Shown in pieces: positions 1 through 8,791 of a DNA stretch of 64,000 nt (position 1 is its first letter; each line of letters opens with the position of its first letter). The translations under genes were made by a program, and so were the position numbers. The DNA is taken from positions 9,916 through 73,915 of the forward strand of contig JBEAUF010000156.1 in assembly GCA_041161565.1 (NCBI GenBank), written 5' to 3'. Under the pieces are notes generated by a model, which worked only from the letters and a program-made list of their open reading frames with translations, ran no database searches and was not told the DNA's origin. Origin of the DNA: Planctomycetota bacterium. Lineage in GTDB: Bacteria; Planctomycetota; Planctomycetia; Planctomycetales; Planctomycetaceae.

Positions 1-153
1 TTGAGAAGCCGCTGCGCTGCGAACGGTTTTTTCAGCAGAGTGTCTGCTGGCAGAAATCTTTTGATTTTGACAATTCGCAGACCCGATAGCGCGCCCTGTT
101 GCCAGGTAGTGCTCAAACGGATCCGCACGCAGCATTTTTGATGAGGGCCGAAC

Positions 154-1254
154 ATGGCTGCCCCCGAATCAGTTTCCAATTGCCCGCATCTCTGCCGCGG
201 GAGCGTACGCACCCTGCCGCTCGGCTGGCTTGGCGTTCTCTGCCTTGCGATGTGCCCCGATCCCCTGTTCTCACAGGATTCCTCTGAGACCTCAGACGGA
301 GATTCGGCCGCCACGGTACTCAACACCTCCGCGGAAAATTCTTCGGCCGCAGCCGTGCCATCAGTCGCGGAAGTTCGTTCCTACACCTGCTTGCATCTGC
401 CCGAATTTGCGAGGCGTGGCACACTGCAAATTGACGGACGGCTGACTGAGGCAGCCTGGGAGATGGCGGCATGGAGCGAGGAATTCATCGATATTGAGGG
501 GCCGAGCAGGCCCCGACCGATGTTTCGAACAAGAATGAAAATGCTTTGGGATGCCCACGCCCTGTACATCGCCGCAGAACTGCAGGAGCCGGACGTTCGC
601 GGTTCACTCAAAGGCCGAGATTCCGTGATCTTTCACGAAAATGACTTCGAGGTGTTCATCGATCCCGATGGGGACGGCCTGAATTACGGCGAACTGGAAA
701 TCAACGCCCTGAACACAGTCTGGGATCTGCGACTGCCCCGACCGTACAGTGCCGGTGGCCAGCCCGACGATGGCTGGTCACTGCAGGGGATGCGATCTGC
801 CGTATGGGTCGATGGAACATTAAACGATCATCGCTCGCCCGATGCAGGATGGACGGTGGAAATTGAACTTCCCTGGAACGGCCTGCAATCGCTTCATGAC
901 ACCTCACAGCCAGTGCGACGAGCCGTTCGCGATGGTTCGCTTGTACGCGGCTACGAACTGCTGGCAGCAGAGGCGGGGCAGGGAAGTGAACGCAGCGTCG
1001 CTGCTGTGAAGGAGCTACGTGTGCCTGTTGCAGGAGACGTCTGGAGGATCAACTTTTCACGGGTTCAATGGCCGGTGGAAATCAGCGGTGGGAAATATCA
1101 AACACCGTCAGGGGCACGCGAGAATAACTGGGTGTGGTCTCCGCAGGGCGTAGTGGACATGCATCGCCCTGAAACCTGGGGAAGACTGGTCTTTGCTGCG
1201 GCACCAGCTCAGGAGAACGGCGGCCGGGGGCCGGTCAGGATCATCAGGCGATAA
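154..1254 (+). CDS. secreted carbohydrate-binding family 9 (CBM9/DOMON-like) domain protein
   Basis: 366-aa ORF with a hydrophobic signal-like N-terminus (LPLGWLGVLCLAMC). The block IDGRLTEAAWEMAAWSEEFIDIEG...MLWDAHALYIAAELQEPD...HENDFEVFIDPDGDGLNYGELEINALNTVWD fits the family-9 carbohydrate-binding module pattern as I recall it. An alternative ATG lies at 250. Confidence 0.75.
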   Translation: MAAPESVSNCPHLCRGSVRTLPLGWLGVLCLAMCPDPLFSQDSSETSDGDSAATVLNTSAENSSAAAVPSVAEVRSYTCLHLPEFARRGTLQIDGRLTEAAWEMAAWSEEFIDIEGPSRPRPMFRTRMKMLWDAHALYIAAELQEPDVRGSLKGRDSVIFHENDFEVFIDPDGDGLNYGELEINALNTVWDLRLPRPYSAGGQPDDGWSLQGMRSAVWVDGTLNDHRSPDAGWTVEIELPWNGLQSLHDTSQPVRRAVRDGSLVRGYELLAAEAGQGSERSVAAVKELRVPVAGDVWRINFSRVQWPVEISGGKYQTPSGARENNWVWSPQGVVDMHRPETWGRLVFAAAPAQENGGRGPVRIIRR

Positions 1255-1305
1255 CGGCAGCCGGTTGCTGGAATCTGATGTCAGCAGTCAGCCGGCAACG
1301 GAGCG

Positions 1306-2574
1306 TTAGAAGCGGATAGCTTCAAGATAAGCAACGCCCGCAGCAACCCGACCATGCCGATGCAGACAACGCCGGACTAACCCATCTCGGACGTCCTGCG
1401 TGGGTGGCTGAAGCTGAAGAAGCGCGCTTTGAAGCGCAGTTTCGGACTTTGAGTCGAACAGCTGGCCGTACCCAAGGGCGTCCAATCGCTCGGGAAAAGC
1501 ACCGTGATCAGGAAGCAGACAGGGCACTCCCGCCAGTGCCGCTTCCAGCACGTACAGGCCTTTGGGTTCCTTATATGCGGTTGGAACGCAGAGCCAGTCG
1601 AGCTGCGACAGGAATTCGAACTTGCGGATTCTGTCCGGGGGACTGCCGAGCCAGGCCAGGCGATCGCCCACGACGCTGCTGACTGTGGCAAGTTTTTTCT
1701 GGAATTGCTTTGCATGCCTGGCCGGAAGGTAGCCGGCGATCACAAACCGCAAATCACTCCGTGTTTGCAGTGCTGCAGTGGCAGCATCAAGAAACTGGAA
1801 GGCCCCCTTTTCGGGGCAAATCCTCGCGAAGTACCCCACGGTCGTAACATCGGCATTCCGCCGAGCCGGGACATTGATTCCTTCGGGCATGTTTTCCACG
1901 ATCAGCGGAACACTGTGGAACAGCGAGTGATCAAGTGACAGGTAATCGGCCATGAAATCCGCATAGTATCGACTGTGGGTGAGGAACCCGTCGAAGTGTT
2001 TGCAGTTGTCGTGGATGAGCTGCAGTGCCGAGGCTTTCCACGGTTCCTGCAGATCCTGCAGAAAGATGTCGTCGCCCTGAATGAGGCAGAGCAGGCGACC
2101 ATTCCAGAGGCGTCGAAGCTCTGGAACCACGCCGGAGAGCAGGGCATTGCTGAAGATAACCACGTCTGGTCTGAGTTCAGCAGTGATGAACTGCACCAGT
2201 TCCCGGATTTCTGCGGCGCAGGGACCACTGGTCCCCCGCAGCATATCCACGGTCAGTGGCCCGAGATCCGAAGCCTGGGTACTGCTGCCAAATCGCGAAA
2301 GCAGCCGCACGATGGCGGGCGTATCGAGCCAGCGTTTAAATGCTCGAGGCAGATATCTCCAGCCCGGCAGCCGCGAATCAAGGTACACGTTGATGCCGCC
2401 CAGAAACACCTTTTCGCCAGCCGCGTTTTCTTCATCAACGCGAATGGGTGTGTAAGTTGGGAGCAGCAGCGCATCAGCCCCCGCCATCCTCAGAGCCCGA
2501 ACAAGAGTGTTGTCCTGCATGCAGGAACCGCAGAACATTCCGGCTCCACCCGCTGTGATGATACAGATTTTCAT
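1306..2574 (-). CDS. glycosyltransferase family 4 (GT-B fold)
   Basis: The track ORF 1306..2829 is over-extended. The internal ATG at 2574 gives MKICIITAGGAGMFCGSCMQDN, a typical GT N-terminus. The C-terminal EX7E-type region is EPKGLYVLEAALAGVPCLLPDHGAFPE. Confidence 0.85.
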   Translation of the reverse strand: MKICIITAGGAGMFCGSCMQDNTLVRALRMAGADALLLPTYTPIRVDEENAAGEKVFLGGINVYLDSRLPGWRYLPRAFKRWLDTPAIVRLLSRFGSSTQASDLGPLTVDMLRGTSGPCAAEIRELVQFITAELRPDVVIFSNALLSGVVPELRRLWNGRLLCLIQGDDIFLQDLQEPWKASALQLIHDNCKHFDGFLTHSRYYADFMADYLSLDHSLFHSVPLIVENMPEGINVPARRNADVTTVGYFARICPEKGAFQFLDAATAALQTRSDLRFVIAGYLPARHAKQFQKKLATVSSVVGDRLAWLGSPPDRIRKFEFLSQLDWLCVPTAYKEPKGLYVLEAALAGVPCLLPDHGAFPERLDALGYGQLFDSKSETALQSALLQLQPPTQDVRDGLVRRCLHRHGRVAAGVAYLEAIRF

Positions 2575-2647
2575 CGCGGCGATCTCCGTATGTTTGCCAG
2601 AGGCCCCGGCAGCATCTGCTTCCGGAGCCCTCGCTGAATGCAGTGAA

Positions 2648-3802
2648 TCAGCAGCGAGCCAGCAGGCTGGTGGCCAGTGCCAGCACGTCATCGTTCGTTC
2701 GGGCGGCCTGCTCCAGAAGATCGGGGCGTCCGGCATCAAGGCAGGCTGTAGTAAAGGAAAATCCGTTGGGATCCTCCATTCGGCTGAGCCATGGCGCGAC
2801 GCGTTCGAGCAACTGTGGAGCGCGGCCAACGCGGTTGGCCAGATCGATCAGCACAAAAGCGATCATCCGCTGATCAGCGGCATCCGGCTCCTGCTGGAGT
2901 CGGGCGGCAAACCAGTCAAGCCCCCCCTGTTCATCTTCTCCCGAGAGCGTCCTGAGGAAGCAGATACTGGCCGTGTAGTAATCGTCGAAAGGCACATCCG
3001 CCGGGTAGCGAAGATGTTCACTGAGCTGCTGGCCGTAGCAGGCGAGCTCCACCGCCAGCTTCAGTTCCGGATCCTCGCGCTGCAGATTTCGAGCAAAGCC
3101 AACGATGGAGTGCAGATGGGACACGTCGATGTGATAGTTGCCGTCCGCAAAGAGGAATTCCCGGCCGACAATCAGCTCGCGGAGCGGTATCTCGGGTCGC
3201 AGCAGGGGCTGCCGACGCTCAATATCCCGACGCACGCTGCTCTGAAGATCCGTGTAAAGATGTCGCACAAGAATTGCGGCCGCCTGCCGACGCTCTTCAG
3301 GAGTCATCTGAGCAATTACCTGGCTCATGGCAGTCACTGTGTTGCAGGTACCATGCGTTCGCAGCAGCAGCCGGATACCTTCCACCATGTGGGCGCCATC
3401 ATACAGGGCCAGATTCAGCAGCTCCTCACGGTCCTGATCAGAAAGGCGAGCGTAATCCGCCACCTTAGTCTGGATTGCCTGCCGAATCGGCTCAGGTTCC
3501 TGAATCGTTCGGAAGTAGGCCCACGCGTCGGCCAGCATGCCGTGTTCAAGGAACAGCTGACCGATATTTCGAGCGGTGTCTGTCCATGCTGTTCGAAAGG
3601 TTGGCTCGAGCTCCCTGGGGACATCGGACAGAGCAGCAGGACGGGTGATCTTAAGGCCCATACGGCGACGGATGCCGATCATGCGGGCGTCGAACAGTCG
3701 ATGAAAGTCCCGTTGCTCAAGCAACACGGCTTCAAGCGCTGCGAGTATGGAATCCGGCTGGCCGGGCTGCAGCTGTTTTTCAAAGGCGGCGATGGTTGTC
3801 AT
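2648..3802 (-). CDS. conserved hypothetical protein (helical, no recognised domain)
   Basis: 384-aa ORF with protein-like composition. It is co-directional with the flanking peptidase and GT genes, with gaps of 57 and 73 nt. The overlapping plus-strand 742-aa ORF is judged an antisense artefact. Confidence 0.7.
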   Translation of the reverse strand: MTTIAAFEKQLQPGQPDSILAALEAVLLEQRDFHRLFDARMIGIRRRMGLKITRPAALSDVPRELEPTFRTAWTDTARNIGQLFLEHGMLADAWAYFRTIQEPEPIRQAIQTKVADYARLSDQDREELLNLALYDGAHMVEGIRLLLRTHGTCNTVTAMSQVIAQMTPEERRQAAAILVRHLYTDLQSSVRRDIERRQPLLRPEIPLRELIVGREFLFADGNYHIDVSHLHSIVGFARNLQREDPELKLAVELACYGQQLSEHLRYPADVPFDDYYTASICFLRTLSGEDEQGGLDWFAARLQQEPDAADQRMIAFVLIDLANRVGRAPQLLERVAPWLSRMEDPNGFSFTTACLDAGRPDLLEQAARTNDDVLALATSLLARC

Positions 3803-3859
3803 AGACGCAGTTCGCGATTCTTACTGAAAGGTGTTTTCAGGGCATCAGAAACGGGCAAC

Positions 3860-6031
3860 CTACTTCGGGCCGGGAGGGCAATATTCTCTGAGCCACGAGA
3901 AAATTTCGTTGTGCCAATACCTGCTGTTGGCCGGTTTGAGCACCCAGTGACCCTCGTCGGGAAAGTTGATGTACTTGCTGGGCACCCCAAGACGCTGCAG
4001 GGTTGTGAACAGCTGGTCCCCCTCGGAGACGGGCACGCGGAAGTCGAGATCGTTGTGGATGATCAACATCGGTGTCCGAAAGTTGGCCGCGAACCGATGG
4101 GGGGAGTGCTTTTCGTAGGATTCGCGGTTGGCCCCCCACGGAGGACCACCGTGTTCGTACTCGTCAAACCAGAGTTCCTCGGTCGTGGCGTACATGCTTT
4201 CAAAGTTGTAGACGCCACAGTGCGTCACAAGAGTTTTGAACTTGGTTGTATGGCCCTGAAACCAGTTCATCATGTAGCCGCCGAACGAAGCACCTGCGGA
4301 AAACATCCGCTGCGAATCGATGTAGTCCTGCTTTTCGAGGAATTCCAGTCCGGCCATCAGGTCAACATAACAGCGGCCCCCCCAATCCCCGCTGATCTGG
4401 TCGGTGTATTTCTGGCCAAATCCGGTGCTGCCCCGAGGATTTGGAGCAGCAACGACGTAGCCCTGGGCTGCCCAGATCTGAGGATTCCAGCGAAAGCTCC
4501 AGCCGTCCGACCAGGCGCCCTGGGGACCACCGTGGACCAAAAACGCGAGCGGCCAGCGGCGACTTTTGTCGAAGCCCGGTGGCTGCAGAATCCACATCTG
4601 CATGGGATCACCATCGGCACCCGGAACTTCCACCGAGGATGCGTCAGGGAGATCCAGTTGTGCGAGCAGCTCGGCGTTGGCTCTGGACAGATCCAGACCT
4701 GGCAGACGAGTGCGGAGGATTTCGGGTTCCAGTAATGCCGCGTAGACTTCCGGGGGAGCGGTCAACCGACTCCGGTTGCAGACGAGAACTGCTCCGTCAG
4801 CCGAGACTGCGAGCCCGGAGAATGTACCTGCACCCTGTGCCTTTTCGACCACGTCGGGTTTACTCACGGTGATACCGAAGACCGGTTTCTCTCCACGAAA
4901 CTCAGCAGTCGTGAGCAGCCGCTGCTCGTCCCTCCAAACAAGTTCATCGAACGACAAATCGATTTTCTCGGTGAGCGAACGCGGCTGACTGGTAAGAGTC
5001 CCGTCCGGCTGGCAGTCCGCCAGCATGATTTCCCACTTGTCCGCCTCATAACCGGCTCGACGCTGTCTGCGATACGCAAACTGACGCCCGGAGGGCGAAA
5101 ACGTCGGCAGACCATCGGCAGCCGGATTTGACTCGGTGAGAGTCTGCCAGGAAGTGGTTCCGCCTGAGATGGGCACGCGGCACAGGTCGTAGTTCGTGCT
5201 CCACGCCTCATTCAACGCTGGCACAGCAGTAAATATCAGATGTGAGTTGTCCGGGGAAAAGCAGAAATCCGCCGTCGCCGAAAAGGTACTTGACGTGGGA
5301 TATGCGTCACGATCCCCCGGCGTCACGTCGCGTGGAACCCCGGCCCGCAGCTCCCACTCCGACACCGGCTCAACATCAACCACAAACAGGTGCTGTCGCT
5401 TGTCCTCAACGTAGCTGTCCCAGTGCCTGTAGAACAGCCTGCGATGAACCCGCGCCTTCACCGGAGAAGCTGCACGCTCCTCATCCAGAGCTTTGTTCTT
5501 CGCGTCGCTTTCCGAAAACGGCAGAGTTGAAAACTCGGGAGCAACTGCGGAAACGAACGCGATATGCCGCCCATCCGGAGACCATACCCCGCTGGAAGCG
5601 CCGGTACTGATACTGGTCAGCTGCCGAGCTTCGCCACCGAGTGAACTGATGACCCACAGCTGACTGCTGCCGGAGCGATTTGATTCGAATAAAATCCAGC
5701 GCCCGTCCGGTGACCACCGCGGATTGGAGTCGCGTCCGGAGGGGTTGGTGAGCTGACGCGGGGGCGAACGGAGATCCGTGGGCGCGACCCACAGGCGGGA
5801 CACCGATTTATTCAACCGGGAATCCGTGATTTCCGTCACAGCGTAGGCCACCCACTGTCCGGTGGACTCAAGCGCTGGGGCCCCCACACGCCGAAACGAC
5901 AGCAGATCCTCAACGCTCATCGGTCTCCGAGCAGGAACAGGAGCTGGACTGGACGTCTGAGCAGTCGCCGAGGACATCAGGATCACCAACAGCCCCACAG
6001 CAGAAACGCGAACCAGCAACGATCCGATCAT
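3860..6031 (-). CDS. S9 family serine peptidase (prolyl oligopeptidase/acylaminoacyl-peptidase type) with N-terminal beta-propeller
   Basis: 723 aa with signal peptide MIGSLLVRVSAVGLLVILMSSATAQ. TolB-like propeller repeats are present (NPRWSPDGRWILFESNRSG, SGVWSPDGRHIAF). The nucleophile elbow is GASFGGY, followed by downstream HNDLDFRVP and FPDEGHW. GGAG lies 8 nt upstream of the ATG. Confidence 0.9.
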   Translation of the reverse strand: MIGSLLVRVSAVGLLVILMSSATAQTSSPAPVPARRPMSVEDLLSFRRVGAPALESTGQWVAYAVTEITDSRLNKSVSRLWVAPTDLRSPPRQLTNPSGRDSNPRWSPDGRWILFESNRSGSSQLWVISSLGGEARQLTSISTGASSGVWSPDGRHIAFVSAVAPEFSTLPFSESDAKNKALDEERAASPVKARVHRRLFYRHWDSYVEDKRQHLFVVDVEPVSEWELRAGVPRDVTPGDRDAYPTSSTFSATADFCFSPDNSHLIFTAVPALNEAWSTNYDLCRVPISGGTTSWQTLTESNPAADGLPTFSPSGRQFAYRRQRRAGYEADKWEIMLADCQPDGTLTSQPRSLTEKIDLSFDELVWRDEQRLLTTAEFRGEKPVFGITVSKPDVVEKAQGAGTFSGLAVSADGAVLVCNRSRLTAPPEVYAALLEPEILRTRLPGLDLSRANAELLAQLDLPDASSVEVPGADGDPMQMWILQPPGFDKSRRWPLAFLVHGGPQGAWSDGWSFRWNPQIWAAQGYVVAAPNPRGSTGFGQKYTDQISGDWGGRCYVDLMAGLEFLEKQDYIDSQRMFSAGASFGGYMMNWFQGHTTKFKTLVTHCGVYNFESMYATTEELWFDEYEHGGPPWGANRESYEKHSPHRFAANFRTPMLIIHNDLDFRVPVSEGDQLFTTLQRLGVPSKYINFPDEGHWVLKPANSRYWHNEIFSWLREYCPPGPK

Positions 6032-6309
6032 TGGGAGGCTCCAAAACTGAATAACGATGCCAGCTCCGGCCGGCCGCCTTCAGCAGCAGACTCCGGATGG
6101 TCAAGCCCAAAGCATCTCACAAGGCACGGTCCACTGTCCAGCGAACAGGGACACCACGCGAGATTTCCCCCGGATTTGGGGCACGCTCAGCCAGCGGGCC
6201 CGAAATACGGCTGCGGCTACGCAAGCCGTCAAAACGGCGGGACCATCTGAAAAAGTTCGGCACAGCAGTGCGTGTTGCCGTCGGCAAAGGCCGCACAAGA
6301 CCGCCGCGC

Positions 6310-6627
6310 TCAGTCTTCGCCCAACCAGCCCGGACCATCCTCAAGCGTCAACGGTGCTCCGTCGTCCGCATCAAACGTGTCCTCCAGCAGACCACCGGAG
6401 GTGCTTGCCGTGCCACCAGCGTCAGTCACACCGGCATACGAGTAAGCCTGATTCAGGAAACCCATGGCGTCAGCAAAATCATCGAGCTCCGTAAGCACAC
6501 TGTCTCGAACGCTGGTGATTCCCACAAGCAGTCCCAGGATGGCAACCGTGGCAATCAGCAACGCCTCTGATGAAAGAATAAATCCTTCCTCATCCGCAAT
6601 GAAATTCCAGTACAGCGTGACACACAT
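6310..6627 (-). CDS. small Flp/Fap-pilin-like membrane protein (hypothetical)
   Basis: The internal ATG at 6627 is preceded by AAGGAG with a 5-nt spacer. The product (105 aa) begins MCVTLYWNFIADEEGFILSSEALLIATVAILGLLVGITSV, resembling the Flp prepilin leader plus hydrophobic helix, and ends in an acidic tail. The canonical G/xxxxEY motif is not present. Confidence 0.55.
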   Translation of the reverse strand: MCVTLYWNFIADEEGFILSSEALLIATVAILGLLVGITSVRDSVLTELDDFADAMGFLNQAYSYAGVTDAGGTASTSGGLLEDTFDADDGAPLTLEDGPGWLGED

Positions 6628-7037
6628 TGGAACTCCTTCATGACGACAGCACACACTTGCCTGATGCGATCCCCGGTGCCGGGTGCCAGCCGCTGACAAT
6701 CGATCGCCGGCCGCACTTGATACTCTACAGACGGCAATTGCCGAGCCCGTTATGAAAAGGATTCTCGGAGGCGAAAAAAGGGAGTTTTCCCTATCAAAGA
6801 CGGCAAGCTGAGCAGCTGATTACGATCGTAGGGCCGAGAATGACGGTATGGTGGCCATAGAGCGTCCCGGATATCGGGCGCCCGACTGTCCCTGGGGCGC
6901 CCCAATTGCAAAGCAGTTTTGCGGAACTCACTGCAATTTCATCGTTGGCAGCCATACAATTCAGACTGCCGGGGTCCGTTCCTCAGCCGCAATCACATTC
7001 GCCACGATCATTTCCACCGCCCCCCGGGACACCTGGC

Positions 7038-8195
7038 ATGCCAGCCTCCAGCTTTCTGATTGCATGGGCCCAGCTGACCCATCAGCGAGTGAAACTGATC
7101 GTAGCCTGCGCCGGTGTCGTGGTCGCCGTGATGCTGATGCTTGTGCAACTCGGGATCCGTGAAGGGGCCATGGACAACAGCGTGGCCATCGCCCGCAGGT
7201 TCACGGCCGACCTGGTAATGGTCAGCCCACGAACGAAGACCATTTTTGCCTCAGCCACTTTTCCCCGGGTCCTGCTGTACCGCGCAGGGGCGCTGCCTGA
7301 AGTGGAGAAGGTAACCGAGATGTACATGGCCCAGGGACGCTTCCGCAATCCATGGGATCGGCTGGAGTTTCCTGTGAGTCTCTACGGAATCGACCCGCAG
7401 GACCCCATGATGCAGCTCCCGGGAATTGAAGCTTTTACCCAGGAGTTACAGGAGCAGGACCGGGTACTGTTTGACGGACTCAGCCGCAAGAACTACGGCC
7501 CCGTACTTGGATTTCTCCGGCAGCAGGGAATGCTGGACGTGGAGGTCAACCTGCGAAAAGTCCGCATTATTGGGGCGATCAACGTCGGCATCTCGATAAA
7601 TACGGATGGCAACCTGTATATGTCGCCAGCCAATTTCCTGCGACTGTTTCCCGACCGTCGCCCCGGCGCGGCGGACGTTGGACTCGTTCGACTGCAACCT
7701 GGCACCGACGTCGAGCAGGTCCGCAGGCGTTTGCAGCAACTCGCCGGTAACGAAGCGAAAGTCATGACCCACGAAGAACTCGTCAATGGCGAAATTGCCT
7801 TCATCCGCGAAAATGCACCGATCGACTTCATCTTCGGCATGGGTGCGGCTGTTGGCTTTTTTGTGGGCTTCGTGGTTGTTTATCAGATCCTCTACACAGA
7901 AGTGACCAACCACCTCCCGCAATACGCAACACTCAAAGCCATGGGGTTTTCAGACAGCTATCTGCTGCGAGTCGTCTTTCATCAGGCCATGCTCCTGTCA
8001 GGTCTGGGCTATCTGCCCGGTTTCTTTCTCGCCATCGTGCTTTACCGCGTGGCAACCAACGCAATTCAGATGCAGTTTGAAATGACAGTCTCTCGAGCAG
8101 CGCTGGTGTTCTGCCTGACGGTTCTGATGTGCTGCCTCAGCGCTCTCATGGCCATGCGCCGGATCCGCACTGCAGATCCGGCCGAGGTTTTTTGA
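7038..8195 (+). CDS. DevC-type ABC exporter permease (FtsX-like)
   Basis: The ATG at 7038 gives MPASSFLIAWAQLTHQRVKLIVACAGVVVAVMLMLVQLGIREG...ADLVMVSPRTKT, which matches the DevC/FtsX-like N-terminal pattern. The C-terminal four-TM FtsX region is VGFFVGFVVVYQILYTEV...LSGLGYLPGFFLAIVLY. Confidence 0.85.
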   Translation: MPASSFLIAWAQLTHQRVKLIVACAGVVVAVMLMLVQLGIREGAMDNSVAIARRFTADLVMVSPRTKTIFASATFPRVLLYRAGALPEVEKVTEMYMAQGRFRNPWDRLEFPVSLYGIDPQDPMMQLPGIEAFTQELQEQDRVLFDGLSRKNYGPVLGFLRQQGMLDVEVNLRKVRIIGAINVGISINTDGNLYMSPANFLRLFPDRRPGAADVGLVRLQPGTDVEQVRRRLQQLAGNEAKVMTHEELVNGEIAFIRENAPIDFIFGMGAAVGFFVGFVVVYQILYTEVTNHLPQYATLKAMGFSDSYLLRVVFHQAMLLSGLGYLPGFFLAIVLYRVATNAIQMQFEMTVSRAALVFCLTVLMCCLSALMAMRRIRTADPAEVF

Positions 8196-8428
8196 AGGCT
8201 CAGGAGCCTGCAGGGGCTGGGTTTGTAAAAATGACAATTCAGCTCGCTTGTAATTTTTGCAACGGCCACTCCTGCACACTCGCCGTTGCCCCAAATCAAT
8301 TTCCAAACCGCGCTTTATTAAAATCACAAACCATTACCAAATAACGATTTACAACCTTTCCAAAACAATTTCAGAAGCTGACCGTAAAGATTCAGAGGCC
8401 ATTGGCACGCAGCTTGCATATTACTTTG

Positions 8429-8608
8429 CCAGAGAGACGGAAACTGAATCTGAGATCGTCAGTTCCGTGCCGTGGACCTGAGAGCTCCACGGATCCGTGA
8501 GAGAGATGGGCAGTTCGCCTGAGAAACGAATTGCCGACTGCAAGTGCCTGAGAGACCTTGCGGTCCACCACAAAGCCTCCGAGTTCCCCTGAACCGGAGG
8601 TTTTTTTG
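8429..8608 (+). ncRNA. candidate small RNA or terminator-containing leader with a reiterated CCUGAGAGA loop motif
   Basis: No credible ORF covers this stretch. Four consecutive hairpins are present. HP0 is 8442-8464, with arms AACTGA/TCAGTT. HP1 is 8470-8492, with arms CCGTGGA/TCCACGG. HP2 is 8509-8535, with a 9-bp stem containing one G-T pair. HP3 is 8538-8563, with a 7-bp stem containing one T-G pair. Each hairpin has (C)CUGAGA(G/A) in its loop. Single-stranded copies lie at 8429-8437 and 8497-8506. The element ends in a stem plus T7 terminator. A weak -10-like TATTAC sits at 8419-8424. Confidence 0.4.
8576..8607 (+). terminator. rho-independent terminator
   Basis: The stem pairs CCTCCG (8576-8581) with CGGAGG (8595-8600), with an inner GTT/AAC extension, and is followed directly by TTTTTTT (8601-8607). 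The orientation is plus-strand only, because the opposite strand lacks a U-tract. Confidence 0.7.
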
Positions 8609-8791
8609 TGCGCGCATGCGATCGATGCCGGTGACACGCGCCGTCCGGATGACCGCTCCTGAACGGCCGTCACCACATCGACAGGGTTTCAGCAAACAAC
8701 CTGGTCTGATACAACCACGGCAACAGCTCCCGTCCCACTCCGCACCGTTGTCGGCCAACTGCCGCCGGTTTATCTCCAGAGGAGTTTTTTC

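Noticed and set aside
1-155. Possible gene fragments at the left edge: a plus-strand frame ending near 89, and a minus-strand ATG at 155 running out of the window
   Set aside because: Both are short, lack motifs and have unconvincing composition. They cannot be distinguished from non-coding sequence without the upstream DNA.
1306-2829. N-terminal extensions suggested by the ORF track (also 12512..13978, 40722..42818, 46069..47634, 58389..59135, 22016..22420, 55220..56698)
   Set aside because: In each case the extension overlaps the neighbouring gene or an intergenic promoter region and lacks protein-like sequence. An internal ATG or GTG yields the canonical family N-terminus or a signal peptide.
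2507-4735. 742-aa plus-strand ORF, the second-longest plus-strand ORF in this part of the window
   Set aside because: It runs antisense across two separate minus-strand genes, one a clear S9 peptidase with GxSxGG and propeller repeats, and across their intergenic spacer. It has no recognisable motifs. Long stop-free antisense frames are expected at this GC content.
8429-8563. Hammerhead core (CUGANGA), PyrR binding loop (CCAGAGAGG) or a CRISPR array as explanations of the CUGAGA repeats
   Set aside because: CUGAGAG does not satisfy the hammerhead CUGA-N-GA register, and no GAAA/helix III partner exists. The PyrR-like word occurs, but no pyr gene is nearby. The repeats have different stems and irregular 18-29-nt spacing, and no cas genes are present.
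8212-8572. tmRNA idea, prompted by GGGGCTGG near 8212 and TCCACCA near 8565
   Set aside because: The putative acceptor arms are not complementary, no T-arm (GGTTCGA-type) is present, and no tag reading frame is evident. RNase P, SRP and 6S hallmarks are likewise absent.
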